Positions 1 through 10,888 of a stretch of DNA of 64,000 nucleotides are shown one piece after another. The notes below the pieces were generated by a model. It had not been told where the DNA came from. It made no database searches and worked only from the letters and a program-made list of their open reading frames with translations. The translations under genes and the position numbers were made by a program. Position 1 is the first letter of the stretch. Each line of letters opens with the position of its first letter. This DNA comes from Tubulanus polymorphus (lineage: Eukaryota > Animalia > Nemertea), in contig NC_134028.1 in the NCBI RefSeq assembly GCF_964204645.1, positions 8,556,001 through 8,620,000 of the forward strand. Direction: 5' to 3'.

Positions 1-52
1 GAAGGGTGAAACACATTTGAAATTACTTTTATTCATTTTGCAATTCTTTCAG

Positions 53-3000
53 ATTGTTCATAGCTTCATTTTTGAAACCAATGACGTGGGCACTATACAC
101 CATGTCAGTCCTTCTTGGACCTGGCGCTGCAGGTTTGTGGACGCTTAATCTGGTGACCCTGATATACATCTGTATATTAAACCTATATAGGCTTTTTTAT
201 AATCATTTTCAGTTTTATGGACGGCACAAGGAAGTTACTTGACAATCAATTCTGATTCTGCTACAATTCCAATAACAAGTGGCATTTTTTGGGCATTGTT
301 CCAAACCAGGTGGGCTGTCTAAAGTTCAAACTTCTACGGTTTCGAGAGTAAAACCATTTCACAGATTGAAATATTATCATCGGATATAGCCCATACGGTT
401 ACAAATTCATAACGGCCTTGACTCTATGGTTATGAAGAACAAATATTCATGTGACTCTCCTTCGCTATGGTCGGAGGTTGAAACTGAAGAACAGCTCGGT
501 AAATAAAGATTTTGAATGAGTTTTCTATTTTTCCAGTATGTTGTTCGGCAACCTGTACGTCTATTTTACTTTCAAAGGCAATATAACAGTGGATGCCGAA
601 AGTAGGACTACGTTATTTTCAGTATTTACTGCACTCTGCGTGGTGGGCGTTTTGACTTTCGCCATACTATTTAGTTTGAAAGATAGAAAACAGAACGTCA
701 AATCTGCACAATCGGAAGACCCAATCAATTCAGTGTATGATGTCCTTTAATGTATGATTAATTTAAAAAAGAAAATAGGTTTTTGATAAATGATATTCTA
801 TGTTCGTTCCACAGCGAGCAAGACGACCGCAGTCCAGGGCCAGTACAAGCCTTCAGTGAGTTCACATCATTTATTCCCTCTCGAATGCTGCCAACGGCAT
901 CAATTATTTACTTTCTCTTATTTGTTTATTTACAGAAAAATCATTTCAGTTATTCCTAACAGGCCGTATGTTGCTGCTTAGTATTACATTTGGATTTACA
1001 GGTATGAATGTAGGCTACTAATAAGCATTTATATTCAATCGTATTTTCTAACGAGAATGAAAGAAGATTTTCGAGATAACTGTCCCCCAGAACTATCAGC
1101 AATTCTTGATTTTCTATTTCGATATTTCAGGCCTTACGGTCACATTCTTCAGTGGTGTTTATGGAACATGCGTCGGTCATTCGAAACGGTTTGGTACCGA
1201 TGCTAAAGGCCTGATTGGAATTTGTGGAATATTCATTGGAATCGGTGAAATCCTTGGTACACGTATATTTATATTTTACCTTTTTTAAGCTTTTATTGAC
1301 AGTCAATAAACTTTTCACGAATAACATATACATATTCATAGATTTATAAAGATGGTAGCATCATTTCACAGACCTGTCTTCTAAATCTGCCTTGGAAGAA
1401 TCGAAGCAAGCGGCATATGATATTCTATTATTACTTAGTATCTTAGTACTTACTGTATCAATGACAACTAGTTGGTCCGTTACCATATGTTTGGGCTAGA
1501 ATACATAGAGAATGGTAACGCCTCTGTAACTATGGGCAACGGGGCCGGGGCCACTTTTATGTATCGGGACAATAAATTCATGGCTCCACGATTCTGGATA
1601 ATATCCGCTTTTTAATGTCATTTTAAAAAAGAATGGTTGTAAGTTTAATAGTTGAATTGTGATAAGCCGTAATGTCAACTGCAGTTACAAAAACCTCACT
1701 CTATTTCCATCTCGAGCTAATCACCGGTATCCGATTAATGAACATAGATAAATATTATCAAATATCGGTAATCATAATGCAAATAATCTTCAACGCTTTT
1801 GAAATGAATATTTTTTCTATCTGTAATCACCAGGCGGTGCTCTATTTGGTTTATGCGGTAAATGGATGAGACGATCTGGTAGAGATCCGATCATACTGTT
1901 TGGATTTCTCGTAAATATAACAACGTATTATCTGATATTTTTGAATCTTCCACAAATGTCTCCCATCGAAGATACCCACGGTGCTGTGTACGTGGATTTC
2001 GGGTAAGTACATGCTTATTAATACTAAAATTTTGATAAAGCACTACTAATGCCAAGAACATTTTATATACCGGTACACATGAATTGTTGTGTCCCACCGA
2101 TTGTTGATTCAAATATGTGTCTCCAAACCGTTGACAAAAAGGGCAGCGCGAGTATCGTTACTGTCTTGTCGATTGCATGACAATCTTTATCAAATCTTGA
2201 AACGTAATTTATTTTCAGATACTATTCAAAGCATTTGGCGATAATCTGCGGATTTCTAGTGGGTTTGGGTGACAGTAGTTTTAATACGCAGGTAGGCTTC
2301 TAAAACAAATAAATCCTGACGATCTGATTCGTGATGCTTGAATGAAATTGCATTCGCTTTTAACTTGTATAACTTTTTAATGATATCTTTTTTAGACCTA
2401 TCTATATATTCTTATTGCATCGTAATGTAAAGTGCAATGATTATATTTATATACCGGGTTATAGATTATCATTACGAACTGTTATCAGTTATTGATATCA
2501 ATCATCCTAAAATACGAAATCTACATCATCATAGAAGAAATAGAAGGGAATTACGTAATTACCCAATATGATATAACCATCGATTTAACCAGAACATCTT
2601 TGATTTTGTATTTTCTCAGGTTTATTCCATTCTCGGGTCACTATATCCTGATGACAGTGCTCCTGCATTTGCACTGTATAAATTTGTCCAGGTAACGTTC
2701 ACCCTTTCCTAAGTAGAAAATTTCCTTGTTTTAACCTCGGTCTCGGTCAAGGAAATTAACAAAATATTTTTCATCTCAAATCAAATTCCTGCAATAAATC
2801 CCAACGTTTTCCTTATTTTCTGATCACCGAAACCGGTGTGTTTTCCGACTTGAGTTAATAACTGCAGAAGTTATGCACATGATGTCATATTGACCTTCAC
2901 GTGTAAGCGGTAGACTGAAATATTAAAAGTTAGGAGTAGATGGGCAATATGAAGCTTGAACAAAGCATTTTTCGTTCGTATATAGTTGTTTAGACATTTC

Positions 3001-3782
3001 TTTCTTGTCTAGTCTTTGTTCGCTGCCGTCGGATTTTTCTACAGCACAGTCCTAGAACTTCAATTCCAGCTGTTGATTTTGGTCATAGGAACGACTACAG
3101 CAACTCTGTCATTCATCGCGGTCGAGTGGTCAACGATAAAGAAAATTAGCGGTGAGTTTGAATAAAAGGGATTGTCGAAGAAAATGAATTTGTAAAAACA
3201 AGCCTTTGTATTGACATTGCTTTATAAATGGTTGTATGAACATTCATACATCTTTGTTCCCTTCAAACTGCGTGATAGAACATTTGTATTAAAACGTATT
3301 CAACTGAATCCGTCGAAAGAACGTGTGGAATTGTGTGCGAATAAGATATACATATTCATAGAATTATAAAGATGGTAGCATCATTTCACAGACCTGTCTT
3401 CTAAATCTGCCTTGGAAGAATCGAAGCAAGCGGCATATGATTTTCTATTAATACTTAGTAAACTGTATCAATGACAACTAGTTGGTCCGTTACCATATGT
3501 TTGGGCTAGAATACATAAAGAATGGTGAAAATAAAAATATTGAATAATTGAGTAATCAACAAAAAATGAATCTGATGAATATAGAAACATAATATTTGGT
3601 TGCGCATCCAATGCTTTGATTGCAATACGCACGTGGTTTAATGGTAATTGGAAAAAGCCACACCTTCTTTTACGTGAACTTCAAACCTTAACCGTTATTT
3701 TGCAGATAAGCCATCGAACGAAATGCAGTTCGCTGCCGTCAGTGTGACCAAAGGACAAGAAACCGAACAAACCAAGATGTGA
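53..3782 (+). CDS. MFSD11: UNC93-like MFS transporter MFSD11 paralog, copy A (exons 4-14; 5' end outside window)
   Basis: GT-AG exons ~53-132, 213-309, 537-734, 815-856, 935-1001, 1131-1256, 1834-2002, 2219-2291, 2620-2691, 3013-3151, 3706-3782 splice in frame: LWTAQGSYLTINS..SGIFWALFQ, LFGNLYVYF, TFFSGVYGTC, IGICGIFIGIGEILGG, GLGDSSFNTQVYSILG, APAFALYKFVQS. Confidence 0.9.
1330..1680 (-). mobile_element. Decayed non-LTR retrotransposon (LINE) RT N-terminal fragment in an intron of copy A
   Basis: SGYYPESWS..IVPIHKSG....SYRGVTI and a downstream QGRFRR match the LINE RT 'G.yP..W....ivPi.K.G....nYRgI / QaGFR' pattern; frame broken. Confidence 0.75.
3347..3527 (-). repeat. Near-identical second copy of part of the LINE relic at ~1330-1515
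   Basis: atatacatattcataga..gatggtagcatcatttcacagacctg..gggctagaatacata occurs at both sites. Confidence 0.85.
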
Positions 3783-4341
3783 TGAAAAATCCACATGCTT
3801 CAAGTTAAATTGCAGAGTTTAATGCTTATAACACAAAAGATTTCTAGGTAATCTTTTCGACGCGAAGTTCTATTTTAGAAGATATTTTTGTTAGGTCGTG
3901 TCTGCCATCAATTAACTTGCTTATTTTGAAAAAAAACTACAAACATATAATTTATTACTCTTCTACCATTTCCATGGCATGTGGAGGGAAAATGTTGTAT
4001 TATACAAATATTTACATTATCTAGAAAAAATAAACAACTTTTTGAAAACAAAACGAGGTTATTGATGATTTGTACAAATACATGATTTTAAATCTTTATT
4101 CCGCTTTTCATTATGAATGATTGTGTTATACCTTCCAACTACTGGTTCTTTATATTGTGGTGTTTTTTTCAAAATAAACAACATAAAGTATTTCCTTAAT
4201 TTTCATATTTTCGATCGTTTACTCTTCATGATGATTATGGCTCATTCATTCTTTACATTTCCCTCAATAACCGGAAGAACTATCGCTAGAGGTACTTATC
4301 CTATTCGTCGATGACTTTGCAAAACCATTGATATGTTTATT

Positions 4342-4440
4342 GAAACTAGGACTATGTTATTTTCAGTATTCACAGTACTCAGCGATGCGGGCGTTTTGAT
4401 TTTCACCATATCATTTTGTATTGCTTGAAAGATAGAAAAA
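4342..4440 (+). pseudogene. Orphan degenerate fragment of MFSD11 exon 6
   Basis: gaaactaggactatgttattttcagtattcacag..gcgggcgttttga..tgaaagatagaaaa aligns to 598-690 and 12333-12420 with indels. Confidence 0.75.
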
Positions 4441-4499
4441 AGTTGCAGTATATATCATTTTAGAAATATACGTTGATACCTTGATTGAAATTGAATATC

Positions 4500-4680
4500 A
4501 GGAAGACGGTTAGTGCGACCATCTACACCGACTACATCAGCAGAAGTCACCGGTCTGTACGAGAACACTCCAGATGTTACGAAGACCCGCCAGGTCGAAC
4601 CCCGCAATACCAAGGAACTTTCTTCGTCAGAACTGCCATAGATAGGAACCTCTTGGGGGAACGGAAGACATCATCATATC
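4500..4680 (+). mobile_element. CR1/L2-group LINE ORF2 C-terminal relic
   Basis: HSRCY...RTPQYQGTFFVRTAIDRNLL resembles the 'Y..SFFpRT...WN.L' ORF2 terminus. Confidence 0.6.
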
Positions 4681-4866
4681 TGGATCCCTCGAAGATTTTA
4701 ACCAACAACTTCTCCACTAAAGGGCTGACCATAAAAGACGTCTGTACAAAATTGCAAAACTATCTATATTTTTCAAATTACTTATATTACAAAATCTATA
4801 AATAAGTCTCATACTAAAAACTTAAAACACTGCAATCATGAACTGAAGCTTGTGACGGGGGAGTCT

Positions 4867-7800
4867 TCACACCTCCGTTTGTTCGGTTGCTTGTCCAATA
4901 TCGACAGCAGACATTAGCATTTCACTCTGCGGCGGCTTATCTGCAATTTTTCAAAAACTGATTTTTTATCTAGGATGTAAATTTACCATTTCAGTTACAG
5001 CTACAAATTCAAGTAGAACAAGGTGCTGCTTTTTCCGAACTCAGGTTTATTCCAATTGAAGCTTTGGATGCACAACCGATTAACTATCATTTGCCATCTA
5101 TTATCATTGATAATATTACTCATTATTGTCATTTAACATAATGAGTTTACAAAAACATAAACATTTCACACGTACGTATACTTGCGCGTCATTACGGTGG
5201 CATACTTATATACAACTGTTTTAATGCGCAGTTTGAACGAATTACTTGACGGGATGTACGAATATACCTCGAATTGATTAGAAAAATGAATATAAAGACT
5301 ACGATGTTAACAATTTCATTTTTTTTGACAATTCCATTTTTCATACTCACTGCGAATAGTCTTGATAGTTGACCATTCGACCGCAAAAAATGACAGAGTT
5401 GCTGAAGTTGTTCCTATGACCAAAATCAACAGCTGGAATTGAAGCTCTAGGACTGTACTGTAGAAAAATCCAACGGCAGCGAACAAAGACTAGACAAAAA
5501 GAAATGTCTAAGACGGCTATAGATGACATTCGTATTGTTTACGTGCTACAAATATTGCCCATCTTCTGTTTATCTTTTTATATTTCAGTTTATCGCTTGA
5601 ACTTGAAAAGACCTTTGGAAGTTAGAAAACAACATCCCTATCATGAGAACGAAGCCAATTCCAAAAAAATTCAAAATTACATATTATTCGACTTATGTTA
5701 CATTATAATACCATAATATTATCTGTAATTGTCTAATGTAATATTATCGTAAATAAAGAATGATAATAATAAAGAACATGTATTACGAGTTCCCCCAAAT
5801 AAACCAAAATTTGTCTCCTAGGCCTTCGAGAATATGCATGTGTAAATATTTGTCCATTGTTTAATTTCTTATTTGTTGTGTTTATTCATATTTTATAACC
5901 GCTGTTTATTATAGTTTTTATGAATTTTGTATTTTATCCTATTTCTCGTCTTCATTGTTAATAACCTGATTCGTATGTTGCGGCGATCAGAAAATAACGA
6001 AAACGTTAAAAGATATTCGGGTATTTCTATTGCAGTCAGAAAATTTTGTTAATTTTGATGAATTGGAAACTGGGTCGAAAGAAATAAGTGAATGTTTGGG
6101 TAGGGCGAACGTTACCTGAACGAATTTGAGAAGTGCAAATGCTGGAGCACTGTCATCAGGATATAATGACCCGAGAATGGAATAAACCTGAAAAAAATAC
6201 CAAATCAAGTGATTAGAATGCGTTTATGTTACGGTTAATTTCATTAAATGTTGCTTAATATTCTAATTTGTCGTTTTCGATAAGACCCCCGCCCCGCGTA
6301 AGTGCTCGATGTAATCTTGATACTGTCTTGATATACCTGCGTATTAAAACTACTGTCGCCCAAACCCGCTAGAAATCCGCAGATTACCGCCAGATACTTT
6401 GAATAGTATCTGAAAAATAAAATCCGTTTCAACCTTTGATAAAGATTGTTCCTCCAATTATAGAATCTACAAGACAGTAACGACACTCGCGCTGTCCTTT
6501 TCCGTCAACGGTTTGGAAATGCATTTTTCAATGTATGTACATAAACATATGAAATATAGATGATAAAACGTTTAAGAGAGTGCTTGAGAAATTGAATACT
6601 CACCCGAAATGCACATAAACGGCACCGTGTGTCTCCTCGATGGGAGACATTTGTGGAAGATTCAAAAATATCAGATAATACGTTGTTATATTTACGAGAA
6701 ATCCAAACAGTATGATCGGATCTCTGCCAAATCGTCTCATCCATTTACCGCATAAACCAAATAGAGCACCACCTGGCGATTACAGGTAGAAAAATGTTCA
6801 TTTCAAAAGCGTTGAAGATGATTTACATCATGATTACCGATAATTTCACCAGCTCGAATGAATACTCATTTTCATTTAATTGGATACCGGTGATTAGTTT
6901 GATAAATACCAAGAATTTCACCAACTCCGATGAACATTCCACAAATTCCGATCAGACCTTTAGCATCGGCTTCAAAATGCTGCGAATGGCCGACACTTGT
7001 ACCGTAAACACCACCCAAGAATGTGACTGTAAGACCTGGAGTATCGAAACAGGAAATCAAGAATGGTTGATCGTTCTGTAAGAGGGACAGTTCTGATGGA
7101 GGATACGATTCCGAAAATGTTCGTTTGTTCTCATTAGAAAATGAGATTCATGTCGCTATAGCTTTTTGTAGATTTTTTTCGGTTACCTGAACTTTCTACA
7201 TATGTAATATAACAACATACTTTGCTATCCGATGTTGTATGCTGTATGCTCTATATTAGACATCTCCGAAAGAAAATGAATATAAATGCTAGTACATAAG
7301 TACATTCATACCTGTAAATCCAAATGTAATACTAAGCAGCATCATGCGTCCTGTGAGGAATAACTGAAATGATCTTTCTGTAATAGACGAATAAGAAAAA
7401 GCAAGAAACAAATGCATTTCGCCGGCATTCTAAAGTGAATGAATGATTTGAACTCACTGAGGGCTTGTAGTGGGCCTGGACTGCGGTCGTCTTGCTCGCT
7501 GTGGAACGAAAAAGCACCTTATTTATCGAAAATCTATCGTCTTTTTAAAAAGAATTATACATTGTAGGAAGTCATACACTGAATTGATTTGGTCTTTGGA
7601 TTGAGCAGATTCAACTTTCTCTTTCCGATCCTTCAAACAAAACAATATCGTGATAGTCAAAACGCCCGCCACGCACAGTGCTGTAAATACTGAAAATAAC
7701 GTAGTCCTAGATTCGGCATCTACCGTTATGTTGCCTTTGAAAGTAAAATAGACGTAAAGGTTTCCAAATAACATGCTGAAAAAGAGAGAGAACGTAATGC

Positions 7801-9146
7801 AATTCTTTATTTTCACCGAACGATGGTTTGCTCTTCATAGCCATCGAACAGAGTCAATGCAGTTACGAATTTGTAACCATAAAGGTTGTACTAAAAATTC
7901 ATGGTTCTAGTATCAATGAATTTCTGGTTATCTTGTCTGGTTACGCTCTCGAAACCGAATTCTTAGAAGTTCCAATATCACAGCACCCACCTTGTCTGGA
8001 ACAATGCCCAGAAAATACCACTTGTTATCGGTATTGTAGCTGAATCAGAATTTATTGTCAAGTAACTTCCTTGTGCCGTCCATAAAACTGAAATAAGAAA
8101 ATATATAGTTTCTAACCGACCACGTGTTATTCTTATTCATCTATGCATCTAGTCATGAAAAGCTTATTTGGGTCTAATTTACAAATAATATCGGCCAACA
8201 AATTAAGCGGTGATCGGTATATTTTCAAGGTCTTTTTTAATAAAGGAAATGAATGACATATTAGTAAGCAGACCTAAATTAGCCTATCATATGACTTGGC
8301 CCATGTATAAACGAGTATATATGCGACAGATGGTTATCAGGGTCACCTGATTAAGCATGGTCATATAAACAAACCTGCAGCGCTAGATCCAAGAAGGACT
8401 GACATTGTGTATAATGCCCAGGTCATTGGTTTCAAAAATGAAGCTATGAACAAGCTGAAAGTATTGCGAAATAAAGAACGGTAATTTCAAATGTGCTTCA
8501 CAATAACAAGCTTTTTAATTAATCAAATTAGAATACCCACGCGTAAATAACGCCAGATACGATCAATGATATTTTAAGGCCTAAGACACTTATAATTGAC
8601 GGAGCCACCCAGTTCGTTACAGCAAACGCGATATAGAGTATTGCCAAGCTGAAATACAAAATGAAACGTCAAACAAGGTTCAGAAAACTATTCTCATTAT
8701 TATAGCAATTTAAAAGACAAGTCTCTTGTTGGTTTGATATGAACAAACCTTGTATATCCATTTCCAGTGAATGTACTGTTTGGTTCGTTTATTGCACCTT
8801 CGATAACCGTTTGCTGCAAAATGAAACCTAATCTAAACCCACAGCTGAGATAGAATGAAGACTATCGGTGAGCTCACAACCGTCAAACTACCTGGTGGGC
8901 AAATAAAACTCGCCATATGACGAATAAGACTCCGAAAAAAACCACAAAAGTAGATACCCCAGAGATCCAGAACTTATTGAAATAGTTACACCAAGCCCTC
9001 GCATCTAGAAAGTTCATTTTTACTTGTATAAATTTCGATTTAAATACCTCGATCATACAACATGTTTGAAATGCAGTAAACATCAGCATAAATGATATTC
9101 CAAGTACGATTATTCGAGCGAGTCGGATATCGCAGAATTCCGCCAT
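4867..9146 (-). CDS. MFSD11: MFSD11 paralog copy B, apparently intact, 14 coding exons
   Basis: ATG at 9146 (MAEFCDIRLARIIVLGISFMLMFTAFQT), then QTVIEG..GNGYTS, LAILYIAFAVTNWVAPS and later exons colinear with copy A; terminal exon KPPQSEMLMSAVDIGQATEQTEV* with stop at 4867-4869; no stops seen in the exons I translated. Confidence 0.9.
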
Positions 9147-9209
9147 GATTCTATACTTGCGTATATTTATGTCACTAATCGCGCTATGCCAGGAAGATTG
9201 TCAGTTTTA

Positions 9210-9378
9210 TATGGTGGCTGATTGGGGCCATAGCGTAAAATTCCTGGTATGCCAGAACGCTAGAACGCCAAAAAAAGGAACAAAACGTTCAATTTTCTTT
9301 AAAAATCCGTTTTGGCGGGCCATTTCCACTCATTTGCATACCAGGAATTTTTCGCTATGGCCCTTATCAGCCACCATA
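9210..9378. mobile_element. 169-bp non-autonomous DNA transposon, TATGG..CCATA ends, 6-bp TSD GTTTTA (IS3EU-like)
   Basis: Terminal inverted repeats (TIRs) tatggtggctgat.. / ..atcagccaccata; gtttta at 9204-9209 and 9379-9384; a single copy of the target at the paralogous site upstream of copy C. Confidence 0.85.
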
Positions 9379-10089
9379 GTTTTACGATATGATGCCCCTT
9401 TTTAACCTACGATCATTCGCATGAAAGTGCATTGTTCAACGAATGAAATGTATACACGTACGCATGCGCTCGGAGTGCATTGGAGGCGGTAAATTCTAAC
9501 ATTTTCTCCATCCCCATCATTCTAACATTTTCCCTGATCTCCATCCCCTTATGGTTCCGGGATAATGCTCCTGCAGGATATGGAGCAGGATATACGATTC
9601 TGACAACGGACCTATCGCTGATCCCGTGTTACAGAATCATTGATGCAGAAAACCCGTTATCGCTACCGTACAACGTTATGAGGCATTTTGAAATTGAATC
9701 TGATTCGGTTTAGCTCGAATCCGATTCGATGTTAGGAACCAATCAGTGAATCAAATGGTTTTTCATAAATGAGTCGAATTAATTAAAGCTAGCGACTCGA
9801 AAAGAAAATGGACGTATTGGCGACAGAATTATTGACAGATGATGGTCTGCGATAGATGTCTTTAGCCCGCGGTCGAAGAGGACGCCATGTTGGATTTAGC
9901 TTACTGATGGAGTCTCAAAGCGACGTAAGAGTTATCAGCGTGGAGTTCGCTGTGGGAAAAGAGGCCATTTCTAGGCCTATAGATTTTCCAACAGACAGAG
10001 CAGAGGATTCCTGCGCCATCTACCAGAGGGGCAGAGCGCTGAGCTTCGACTAGCCCTTCCTAGCTGCTCTCTCTTGTTCAAGACCGGAA

Positions 10090-10350
10090 ACTCAAGCTTA
10101 GCTCAAAGTTCCGGGCGCCATTCTTACCGATATGGTGTCAGCCTAGTCCGGTCTTGGGCGTGGGCCTCCCGACTTGGATCAGTCTGATTACTACAAGTTC
10201 CAGGTGTACAAGATAATTAAGCAGGAAGAAGAAGTGCGTCCACACCCAAACAGCCAATCCTCCTTGTCCACAAAAGTCCAAAGTTCATGCGACTTGGACG
10301 TCTTTTGAACAGCCCCTCTCACAAGATCCAAAAGACGTAAGCAAAAACAA
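10090..10350 (+). mobile_element. Possible decayed Ty3/Gypsy integrase C-terminal fragment
   Basis: KLSSKFRAPF (GPY/F-module-like) and a PLTRSK-like tail in a GC-richer patch; disrupted. Confidence 0.35.
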
Positions 10351-10559
10351 ACGAACAAACACATTTTTACATTCATGTGAATCCTCTCAATTTTTCTTGT
10401 GTCAGTGTTCGCATTTTGATCAGATTACCAAAGCGTTAAATTGACCTCTGATAGCCGGGCAAAATGTGGAGGTTTTCCACTTGATAAATCTTCACGGATG
10501 TAGTGGTGTACTAGGCCTGCGACAGCGGTGCGTTCAGTAATTCCACGTGCAATGTGATA

Positions 10560-10700
10560 ATTATTACATGCGCAGCTAATAACACGGGCACTGTGAACAA
10601 AATGGCGGAATCTATCTTGTGAAAAAAAAATTCGCGCGCGCGTAGTCTATTATTAGCGCAACATGGGCTCAACCAATCGGGCGACGTGATTATCTTTGTC
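10560..10700. promoter_or_regulatory. Candidate promoter between head-to-head copies B and C
   Basis: CpG-rich patch with aaaatggcgg (YY1-like), ttcgcgcgc and CCAAT, ~200-300 bp upstream of the copy C ATG. Confidence 0.3.
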
Positions 10701-10888
10701 TGAGCTCTTACATTAGCCTTTCGATGTGGAGTACAAGTATATGCAATACATATGTATATCGTTGTTCGTTGAGCAATGATAAATGAACGTTCATTCTAAT
10801 GACCTACGTCGGTTAAAAGGGGACACCGTATAAAACTGACAGCTTACTTTGCATGTAGCTACTGCGACATGTATGCAGGTACAGAATT

